Source of the DNA: an uncultured Acidimicrobiia bacterium
Lineage (GTDB): Bacteria > Actinomycetota > Acidimicrobiia > Spongiisociales > JAOTWH01
DNA: 34,241 bases
Assembly (NCBI GenBank): GCA_964347285.1
Contig: CAYFYE010000013.1
Span: forward strand, 1-34,241
Direction of reading: 5' to 3'
Shown here in pieces: positions 26,765 to 34,241 of the stretch. Positions within the stretch are counted from its first letter, which is position 1; the number at the start of each line of letters is the position of its first letter. Made by a program: the position numbers and the translations under genes. A model generated the notes under the pieces. The model saw only the letters and a list, made by a program, of their open reading frames with translations, did not search any database and was not told the origin of the DNA.

Positions 26765-28576
26765 CTAGGCGTAGAGAGCGTCGATGTCGGCGGCGTACTT
26801 CTCGTCGATCACCCGCCGCTTCAGCTTCAGGGTGGGCGTCAACGCGTCGTCGGGGAATCCGCCCTCCACCACTCGCCACTTGCGTATTCCTTCGGCCCGG
26901 GAGAACACCTCGTTCACGCCGTTGACCACTCCCTCGATGTGCTGCAGGACCATCGGGTGCCGGTAGATCTCGGCCTCGTCCTCGGGAACGGCATCGGCGT
27001 GATGGCCCAGGAAGGCCTTGGCCTCATCGACGTCGAGCGAGACCAGCGACACCAGGTAGGGCCGGCGATCTCCGATGACGATTGCTTCCCCGATCAGGCC
27101 ATCCGCTTTGAGACGGGCCTCGATCTCTTGGGGTGCGATGTTCTTGCCACCGGCGGTGATGATGATGTCCTTCTTGCGGTCGACGATCCTGAGGCTGCCG
27201 TCGTCCATGATCTCCCCGATGTCTCCGGTGTACAGCCAGCCATCGTCGTCGAGGGCCTCCTTGGTCTGCTCGGCTTCGTTGTAGTAGCCGACGAAGATGT
27301 TGGGGCCCTTGACCTGGATCTCGCCGTCGTTGCCCAATCGCAGCTCCACTCCGGCGAGCGGTGTGCCGACGCTGCCCACATGGAGCTGGTCCGGCGCCTG
27401 GACGGTGCAGGCAGCGGTGGTCTCGGTCATACCCCAGCCCTGGTGTAGGTCGAGGCCGAGCCCTTGGAAGAAGCGCTGGACCGAAGGGGCCATCGGGGCC
27501 GCTCCCGACACCGCGTAGTGGCAGCGGTCCAGGCCGACCTCACCGAGCACTTTCTTGCCGACAAGCTTGCGGGCCACCAAGGCCCCCAGCTTGGTGATCG
27601 GAGAGGCACGCCCGCCCTCATCGCGAAGGCGCACCGCCTCGCTGCCGGATTCGACCGACCAGTTGAACAGGTTTTGGCGTACCTTGGGAGCCTCCGCCAC
27701 CTCGGCCTTCACGCGGGCCTCGAACTTCTCGTAGACCCGGGGCACCCCGATGAACACGGTGGGCCGTGCCTCTTTGAGGGCATCGGGAAGCATCGTGAAC
27801 TCGGGGACGAAGAAGAACTGGACCCGTTCCATGCGGTGGGCAAGGGGGGTGACGGTGGTGACCAGCCGCTCGAAGACGTGGCTGAGCGGCAGATAGGAAA
27901 CCAACACTTCGGGCTGATCGCCGAGGCCGATGCGGTGAAAGGCGGCGTCGGCGGTCCACAGGGCGTGGTGGTGGGTGAGCATTGTCCCCTTGGGAGGTCC
28001 GGTCGTTCCCGACGTGTAGATGAGCGAGAAGAGGTCGTCGCCCTGCACCGACTCCATGCGCTTGCGCAGTGCACCGACGTTGCCGGCGGCCCACTGCCGG
28101 CCCAGCTCTCGCAAGGCCTCGATGCCGATCACCCGTCCCCGATCAGCGTTCCCTAGGTGATAGGCGACGATCTTTTCCACCATCGGGATATCGGATGCCA
28201 GGGCCTTGTCGAGTTGCTCCTGGTCGTCGACGAAATGGATGCGGGCGCCGGCGTGGCCGAGGACGTAGCCGATCTGGTCGGGAGCCAGCGTGTTGTAGAG
28301 CGGAACCGACATCGCCCCGGCATGCTGGATGCCGTAGTCGGTCATCACCCAGTCGGAGGAATTCGCCCCGACCAGGCCGATCCGGTCGCCGTGCTCGATA
28401 CCGAGTGCCATCAGGCCGGCCGCTATCTCCTCGGTCTGCACCCGGGCCTGGGTCCACGTGGTGGCACGCCAGGTCCCATCGCGATAGTCGTGCCACAGCG
28501 GCTCGCCGGCCCGTTGTTCGGCCTTCTGCTGAAAGCGACCGACGAGTGTCTCGGGGGGGTTGCTGGTATCGCTCAT
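26765..28576 (-). CDS. Long-chain fatty-acid-CoA ligase (AMP-binding)
   Basis: IYTSGTTGPPKG, YLPLSHVFER, VPRVYEK, GWGMTET, YTGDIG, DRKKDIIITAGGKNIAP, LTPTLKLKR. Confidence 0.95.
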   Translation of the reverse strand: MSDTSNPPETLVGRFQQKAEQRAGEPLWHDYRDGTWRATTWTQARVQTEEIAAGLMALGIEHGDRIGLVGANSSDWVMTDYGIQHAGAMSVPLYNTLAPDQIGYVLGHAGARIHFVDDQEQLDKALASDIPMVEKIVAYHLGNADRGRVIGIEALRELGRQWAAGNVGALRKRMESVQGDDLFSLIYTSGTTGPPKGTMLTHHHALWTADAAFHRIGLGDQPEVLVSYLPLSHVFERLVTTVTPLAHRMERVQFFFVPEFTMLPDALKEARPTVFIGVPRVYEKFEARVKAEVAEAPKVRQNLFNWSVESGSEAVRLRDEGGRASPITKLGALVARKLVGKKVLGEVGLDRCHYAVSGAAPMAPSVQRFFQGLGLDLHQGWGMTETTAACTVQAPDQLHVGSVGTPLAGVELRLGNDGEIQVKGPNIFVGYYNEAEQTKEALDDDGWLYTGDIGEIMDDGSLRIVDRKKDIIITAGGKNIAPQEIEARLKADGLIGEAIVIGDRRPYLVSLVSLDVDEAKAFLGHHADAVPEDEAEIYRHPMVLQHIEGVVNGVNEVFSRAEGIRKWRVVEGGFPDDALTPTLKLKRRVIDEKYAADIDALYA

Positions 28577-28615
28577 GGACTCACTGTAGACCCTTGCTGC
28601 GGCTGCGGTCGGGGC

Positions 28616-29536
28616 TCACCGTTCCTCGGGAGCGGCCACCCACAGCGGCTCCCCGGCGACGACCACCGACACCTCGGACTCGACGCCGAGCAACTCCCCG
28701 TCTGCCTGAAGGGAAGCCGGCGGATCGGCTTCGATCGTCAGCTTGGTGACTCCCTCCCAGACCTCGATCCCCCCCTTGCCGTCCAGGGGGCGCCGGGTGG
28801 CCATGCGGGAGATCACCGTGGCCGTCGCCACCGCCCCGAGCCGATCGGACACGGCGACGTTCAGTCCGTCCCCGAAACTCCCGATGCGGAGAGGCACGGG
28901 GCCGAAGTAGGTGTAGGGACCGTGCACCTGCACCGACACCGCCAGCGCATCGGCCCGCCGGCCGTTGCTCTCGACGCGAAGGGTGGGCAGCCGGCTCCGG
29001 TAGTGGGACCACAGTATCCCGACCGCACTTCGCGCGAAATGGACCGACCCCAGAGTGAGTTTGCGGTGCGGGGTCGCGTCGGCCCGCTGCACCACATCGG
29101 CGTCGTAGCCGATCCCGACCGCGAACGTGGCGAAGCAGTTCGCGGTGCCCCCGGCACCCGCGTAGTCGACTCGCGCCAGCGGCACCGGATGCGGTTGCCA
29201 GTCGGCCAGTGCGGCCGCCGCCTTGCGGGCCCGTAACGGCACCCCCAGGATGCGGGCCAGGACGTTGGTGGTCCCGGCCGGGATGAGGGCCAGGGCGGTC
29301 GTCGACCCGACCAGGCCGTTGGCCGCGTGATGCACCACCCCGTCGCCTCCCATGGCGGCCACCAGGTCGTAGCCGGCCGAGGCCGCCCGGGTGGCTTCAC
29401 GGCGGGTGGCGCCGGCGTCTTCGGGCCACTCGTGGTCGACCTCGAAGCGCTCGCCGAGGATGCGCATGACGTCGCGGTAGAGCGCTCCGGTGAACCTCGA
29501 CGCCGACGGGTTGGTCAGCAGCAGCAGCCGTTTCAC
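28616..29536 (-). CDS. Diacylglycerol/lipid kinase family protein
   Basis: NPSAS, GGDGVVH, IPAGTTNVLAR, GIGYDA, QADGE. Confidence 0.92.
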   Translation of the reverse strand: MKRLLLLTNPSASRFTGALYRDVMRILGERFEVDHEWPEDAGATRREATRAASAGYDLVAAMGGDGVVHHAANGLVGSTTALALIPAGTTNVLARILGVPLRARKAAAALADWQPHPVPLARVDYAGAGGTANCFATFAVGIGYDADVVQRADATPHRKLTLGSVHFARSAVGILWSHYRSRLPTLRVESNGRRADALAVSVQVHGPYTYFGPVPLRIGSFGDGLNVAVSDRLGAVATATVISRMATRRPLDGKGGIEVWEGVTKLTIEADPPASLQADGELLGVESEVSVVVAGEPLWVAAPEER

Positions 29537-29573
29537 AGCAGGAGGGTACCGGTGGCGAGAGTACGCTGAGCCC
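29537..29573. promoter_or_regulatory. Compact divergent leaderless promoter pair
   Basis: TACCCT on the minus strand (29543-29548) and TACGCT on the plus strand (29562-29567), each 6 nt from a GTG start. Confidence 0.65.
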
Positions 29574-30230
29574 GTGAACGGGTTTCGCGACCGCCGAGAG
29601 GCGGGACGGATGCTCGCCCAGGCCCTCGAGCATCACAGGGGGGAGCACCCGCTCGTCCTGGGCGTTCCCCGCGGGGGGGTGGAAGTGGCGGCGGTGATCG
29701 CCGAGCACCTCGACGGCGAGCTCGACGTTGCCATCGCCCGCAAGATCGGCGCTCCTTTCAACCCGGAGCTGGCCCTCGGGGCCGTGGCCGCCGACGGTGA
29801 GCCGCTCTTCGAGCCGGAACTGCTCCGTCGTTTGGGGGTCGATGAGGAATATGTTCGTGAGGAGGCCGAGCGGCAGACCGAGGAGGTCCACCGTCGCGAG
29901 CAGGCCTACCGGGGTGAGCCCGCCGAGCCCGCCGTAGAGGGGCGGGTGGTCATCGTGGTCGATGACGGCATAGCCACCGGATCGACCATGCTGGCCCTGC
30001 TTCGCTACCTGCGCCGACGGGGTCCCAGGCAGCTGGTCTGTGCAGTGCCGGTCGGTCCACCAGACACCATTCCCCGGCTCGCTGCCGAGGCCGACGAGGT
30101 GGTGTGCCCCAACCAGCCGGCGTTCTTCATGGCCGTGGGGCAGTGGTACATGGACTTCCATCAGGTGAGCGACGAAGAGGTAATGGCGCTGCTGGCTGCG
30201 GCCAAAGCGGCCCGGTCGGCCGAGGATTGA
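29574..30230 (+). CDS. Phosphoribosyltransferase-family protein
   Basis: FRDRREAGRMLA, PRGGV, RKIGAPFNPELALGAV, VIVVDDGIATG, AVGQWYMDFHQVSDEEV. Confidence 0.92.
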   Translation: MNGFRDRREAGRMLAQALEHHRGEHPLVLGVPRGGVEVAAVIAEHLDGELDVAIARKIGAPFNPELALGAVAADGEPLFEPELLRRLGVDEEYVREEAERQTEEVHRREQAYRGEPAEPAVEGRVVIVVDDGIATGSTMLALLRYLRRRGPRQLVCAVPVGPPDTIPRLAAEADEVVCPNQPAFFMAVGQWYMDFHQVSDEEVMALLAAAKAARSAED

Positions 30231-31462
30231 TCAGCCGGCCCCCTCGAGCTCCTCGCTCCAGCGCCGGGGCCGGTCGTCGACGCCGGCCAGGATGACCCGG
30301 GCTACGACCAGGAAGCCGATCAGGGTGGCCATGGCGGCGGTCCGAGGCAGGCCGAACCCGGTGACCAGCAGCCCCCACACCAGGGGGCCGAGGATCGTGG
30401 CGAACCGCCCGACGGTGGCGTAGAGGCCGTAGAACTCGCCGAGGTACTGGGGGGGAGAGACGCCCAGGTGGCGCCCAGTGCGAGCCCGCCGAGGGCACCG
30501 AGGACCCAGGCCAGCGCCTCCTGGTCGGTGGAGGCGGCCACGATCCCGAGGGCGATGGCGACGATCCAGATGTGCACCGCGGTGTGCAGGAGCCGCCGCG
30601 GTCCGATGACGTCGACGACGCGCCCCCCCACGAAACCACCGGTCATCGCCCCCACGATGGCCACGGCCAGCAGAGCCTGTACCTCCGAGTCGGTGAAGTC
30701 GAGTTCTTCGATGACGAAGATGGTGAGGAAGCCGCCGATCAGCGTATTGATGGCATCGGAGTAGAAAAACCTTCCCACCAGGAATCGAGCCACACCCGGA
30801 AAGCTGCGGGCGCGCCGCCAAGCATCGACGAGGCGACCCATGCTGTGCGCGAAGGGGGGCGGCGGACCGGATCGCCGGGCCCGGGGGCGTTCTCTCACAA
30901 ACAGGAACGTGGGCACGGCGAAGAGAAGAAACAGGACTGCGATGGCTTTGAAGACGGCCGCATGGCCGTAGTCGTCGAGGAGGAGGAAACCGACGCCCAC
31001 GGCGATGAACGAGCCGATGTAGCCGACGCCGACTCCGATTCCCGAGATACGGCCCCGGTTGTCGGGCGTGCTCACGTCGGGGAGGAGAGCGTCGTAGATC
31101 ACCGAGCCGAGATTGAAACCGACCAGTGCCAGCGAGAACAGGGCCAGCGAGGCGGTGACTCCCACCGTTGCCAGGAAGAAGGTGGGCACCACTGCCACCA
31201 GCGTCGTGACGACCAGGTAGGGGATGCGGCGCCCCCGGTGGTCGCTGCGGGCCCCGATCCATGGACCGAGCACGATCACCACCACCATGGCCCCGTTGAT
31301 GGCCAGCGACAACGCCAGATCCGGAGTGTCGTTGTCGGTCAGCCACTCGGCGAAGTAGAGGGCGCCGACGCCGAGGGCGAAGATCGTGTTGGCCAGGTCG
31401 TAGATGGCCCACGACGCCACGCTGAGCCGGGTGGGCCGCCAAGTGTCGACGGTGTCGGGCAC
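30231..31462 (-). pseudogene. MFS transporter (ATG22/BtlA-like), frameshifted near 30456-30462
   Basis: SWAIYDLANTIF...YDALLPDV...GRFFYSDAINT...LGATWAS in one frame. SPPQYLGEFYGLYATVGRFATILGP continues in another frame to the stop at 30231. Confidence 0.82.
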
Positions 31463-31531
31463 GGAGAAACGGTACCTCGGTTCCCCCCTCCGGCAGGGGC
31501 GGGGAGGTTGGCCTGGCTTGGTCCGGCCTTT

Positions 31532-32653
31532 CTAGTCCTGTTGGCCTCGGCCCGGTTTGTCCAGTTGCAGGGTGGCGGTCACTCCGGCGTGGTCCGAGGG
31601 CCACAGGCCGTCCACTTTGTCGGCCGGGTCCTCGCCCACGATGTCGGTGGCCAGGGCTCTGATGCCGCCCCGGGACAGCACGAGATCGATGCGCTCGTCG
31701 AGAGTGGACCCGTCGGCCAGGTCCGAATCCCGGCAGCACGTGTAGCCGGGCCGACCGGGCCGGGTGGCCCACCAAGCGTCGACGAAACCGGCCCCGGTGA
31801 GGATCTCGTAGGTGGGCGTACCGGTTCCGTCGGCCGCCGAGTTGAAATCGCCGATGAACACGACCGGCAACGAGGTAGCGCCGGGCCCGGCGAGCAGCTC
31901 CTGAGCCTGGGCGACCTGTATCGGCGGAGCGATCGATGTCTCCAGGTGGGCGTTGACCACCCGCAGCGACTTACCCCGGATCTTCACGTCTATCGCCGTC
32001 CAGCCGCGGACGATCTCGATGGGACCGGCGGGGGTGGGTGCCGTCAGGTTGTTCACGAAGTTGCCGGCCTGGGGGTTGGAGAGCTGGAGTTGCGAGGCGG
32101 GCAGGTCGGTGCGGGCCAGCAGCACGTCGCGATCGGTGAGGCGAACGTCCTTGGTGGGGAAGGGGGAACCAAGTGGTCGAGCGGGCAGCTCGCCGTCGAA
32201 GTTCTCGATCGTCGCCACCGCCTGGTAGGAAAGGCCTCGATCGGCCAGGGCATCGAGCAGGATCTCGAGGAAGTCGAAGGCCACGGTCTCTGCCGGCGTG
32301 AGCGGCCCGTCGGGTGGGAAGTCGGTCCGCCACAATGTCACCTCTTGCAGACCCACGAGATGCGGTTTCGCCGCATCGATCTCGTCGGCGATGGCCTGGG
32401 CCCGAGTAACGAAGTCGGTGGCTTGCACCTCCTCGAATCCTTCGTCGACGGCGAGAAAGAGCGCCGCAGCATCAACGGCCCCGAGGATTGGATCGAGGCT
32501 GGTACCCAGGTAGAGGTTCCGGGTCATCACGGTGAGCACCCGCTTGTTGTCTCCCGAAGCGGTGGGTAGGCCGGCTGCGATGGTGGTGACCGTCACCAGG
32601 AGCGCGAGGGTGAGCAGGCGCCAGATTCGCGAGTTTCTCGTGTCGGACATCAT
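31532..32653 (-). CDS. Secreted endonuclease/exonuclease/phosphatase (EEP) family protein
   Basis: Signal peptide, TRNLYLG, GLQEV, NAHLE, GDFNS, RIDLV, WPSDHAGV. AGGAGG RBS and TATGCT -10 upstream. Start is 32653 or 32650. Confidence 0.92.
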   Translation of the reverse strand: MMSDTRNSRIWRLLTLALLVTVTTIAAGLPTASGDNKRVLTVMTRNLYLGTSLDPILGAVDAAALFLAVDEGFEEVQATDFVTRAQAIADEIDAAKPHLVGLQEVTLWRTDFPPDGPLTPAETVAFDFLEILLDALADRGLSYQAVATIENFDGELPARPLGSPFPTKDVRLTDRDVLLARTDLPASQLQLSNPQAGNFVNNLTAPTPAGPIEIVRGWTAIDVKIRGKSLRVVNAHLETSIAPPIQVAQAQELLAGPGATSLPVVFIGDFNSAADGTGTPTYEILTGAGFVDAWWATRPGRPGYTCCRDSDLADGSTLDERIDLVLSRGGIRALATDIVGEDPADKVDGLWPSDHAGVTATLQLDKPGRGQQD

Positions 32654-32875
32654 CCCTCCTCTCCGACGGCTGAAACTACTGGGAGCATACAGAAGGAAGG
32701 CGCAGAGTGGCGAGGGGAGCCGGGGCGACGCGTCGCGGTCGGTGTCGAGCGGAACCGGGGCGGCAACGAGGCGCTCTCGGCGGATCGGCCGAGGCCTGCG
32801 GCTCCGGTGCCACTTCTCGCCGCATCTTCCGGCGGAGTAACGTGCGGCCGGCCGGGTCGGCCCGGGAGGTGTCGC

Positions 32876-33673
32876 ATGCCCGAGGGACACACGATCCATC
32901 GCTACGCTCGCCGGCATCGAAGGGCCCTGGCCGGCCAAGAAGTGGCGGTGTCTTCACCGCAAGGGCGTTTCTCGAAGGGCGCAGCCCGGCTCGATGGACG
33001 CCGCCTGGAGACCGTCGAAGCCGTCGGCAAGCACCTCTTCTATAGCTGGAAGGGCGGCGACATCCTGCACATCCACCTGGGCCTGTTCGGGCGTTTCCGG
33101 TTGTACCGAGACGATCCTCCTCCGCCCACCGACAACACCCGCCTGGCCATGAGCGCCGACCATTCGACCGTGTACCTGTCCGGCCCTTCTGCTTGCGAAC
33201 TCCTCGACCCCGCCGAGGAAGAGGCGCTTCGGTCCCGACTCGGGCCCGATCCGATCGCCGAGCCGGGGGAGGGCGATTCCTTCGTAGCCAACCTGGGCCG
33301 GCGCCGCATCCCGGTCGGCGCCGCAATGCTCGACCAGAGGGTGATCGCCGGCGTCGGCAACGTGTATCGCTCCGAGCTGTTGTTCCTGTGCGACATCGAT
33401 CCCCGCCGCCCGGCCGCCTCGCTCGATGGCGGTGAAGCCCGCCGGCTGTGGGCGGAGGCGGTTACCCGGCTCCAGGCCGGCGAGCGCTCCGGGCGCATCG
33501 TCACCGTCGCCCCGATCGAGGTCGGGGCGAAGCGTGTCGCGGAGATGGTCGGCGAGGAACGGCTCTACGTGTACAAGCGGACCGGGCTCGGGTGCCGGCG
33601 GTGCGGGACTCCCATACAGTCGACCGAGCTCGGCGGGCGGGCTGCGTTCTTCTGCCCGACCTGTCAGTCGTGA
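32876..33673 (+). CDS. Fpg/Nei family DNA glycosylase
   Basis: N-terminal MPEGHTIH, GKHLF, HLGLFG, LGPDP, LDQRVIAGVGNVYRSE, zinc finger CRRC...CPTCQ. GGAGG RBS. Confidence 0.96.
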   Translation: MPEGHTIHRYARRHRRALAGQEVAVSSPQGRFSKGAARLDGRRLETVEAVGKHLFYSWKGGDILHIHLGLFGRFRLYRDDPPPPTDNTRLAMSADHSTVYLSGPSACELLDPAEEEALRSRLGPDPIAEPGEGDSFVANLGRRRIPVGAAMLDQRVIAGVGNVYRSELLFLCDIDPRRPAASLDGGEARRLWAEAVTRLQAGERSGRIVTVAPIEVGAKRVAEMVGEERLYVYKRTGLGCRRCGTPIQSTELGGRAAFFCPTCQS

Positions 33674-33773
33674 CGATCCTCCGTCTGCACCGCGCCGAGG
33701 ATCGGCGTCACCTCCCGCCCCCAATGCCTGCGGGACGTGCTCAACGCCAGATGCCGGCTCGTCACCTCTGACC

Positions 33774-34241
33774 GTGCACCCCTTCGACCATGCCGCCGGC
33801 TGGGTGTTCCGCTTCTCTCGGAGCGCCCGCGTCTTCAGTGATGGTTGGGGTGATGAGGCCGATCTCGTCTACTTCGACACCGCCGGAGCCGAGCCAGGCC
33901 GGCCGCTGCCCATCGACGTCACCTGGGGACGTCCCCGGATCGAAGAATGGGGCCTCGTTGCCACTGCCGGAAGTTTCACCGGGCCGTTCGCCGATCTCCC
34001 CGAGTCCTCCCGGACGGGCCGGGTGCTCAAGCTCGAGCCCCGCCAAGGTACCGAGCGGCTGTGCGTGCTGCTGCCGGCGTGGAACGACCACGGGTACGCC
34101 ACCAGGCGCCGGCTGGCCCGTCGGCTCGCCGCCGCCGGTATCGGGAGCGTCGTCCTCGAAGGGGCCTTCTACGGGGAGCGCCGTCACAACGACGGCGTAG
34201 CCATTCGCACCGTGGCCGATTTCGCCCGGCTCAGCCGATCG
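33774..34241 (+). CDS. ABHD18/DUF2048-like alpha/beta hydrolase, 3'-truncated by the window (absent from the ORF track)
   Basis: Manual translation: MHPFDHAAG...VFSDGWGD...LPESSRTG...CVLLPAWNDHGYATRRRLA...GIGSVVLEGAFYGERR...IRTVADF, open to the window end. Confidence 0.78.
   Translation, partial: MHPFDHAAGWVFRFSRSARVFSDGWGDEADLVYFDTAGAEPGRPLPIDVTWGRPRIEEWGLVATAGSFTGPFADLPESSRTGRVLKLEPRQGTERLCVLLPAWNDHGYATRRRLARRLAAAGIGSVVLEGAFYGERRHNDGVAIRTVADFARLSRS

Noticed and set aside
32704..32817. Imperfect long hairpin (GTGGC/GCCAC, GGAGCCG/CGGCTCC) and a TCGGTGTCGAGC 12-mer shared with 8988-8999
   Set aside because: Short GC-rich stems are expected by chance, and the palindromic left arm of the candidate operator is missing here.

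Overview
GC-rich bacterial chromosomal window, most consistent with Actinomycetota (possibly Acidimicrobiia; inferred from cofC, a DynA/DynB-like GTPase pair, a stand-alone MsiK-like ATPase, Nei and many leaderless genes). It holds about 30 densely packed, mostly core or metabolic genes: an LLM oxidoreductase, hisC, the glyoxylate shunt (aceB-aceA), an SDR, a sugar ABC ATPase, a TetR regulator divergent from a membrane-protein + HmuTUV-like operon, a thioesterase, cofC, a VOC protein, pyk, a VanW protein, two PD-(D/E)XK nucleases, SIMPL, patatin, two dynamin-like GTPases, mscS, dodecin, an acyl-CoA ligase, DAGK, a PRTase, a broken MFS gene, a secreted EEP protein, Fpg/Nei and a partial ABHD18-like hydrolase. 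I found no rRNA, tRNA, CRISPR array, transposase or integrase. Best leads: (1) an unidentified minus-strand structured RNA candidate at about 265-468, with G-U-biased pairing and a terminator-like hairpin; (2) a TetR-linked heme-type uptake operon led by an uncharacterised multi-pass membrane protein, whose binding protein has an altered ligand set; (3) a dynamin pair that appears to use polybasic segments instead of hydrophobic anchors, divergent from a coiled-coil nuclease. There is also a probable assembly chimera: an mnmG fragment beside the N-gap inside the ABC ATPase. All calls are by-eye motif recognition; no database searches were run.
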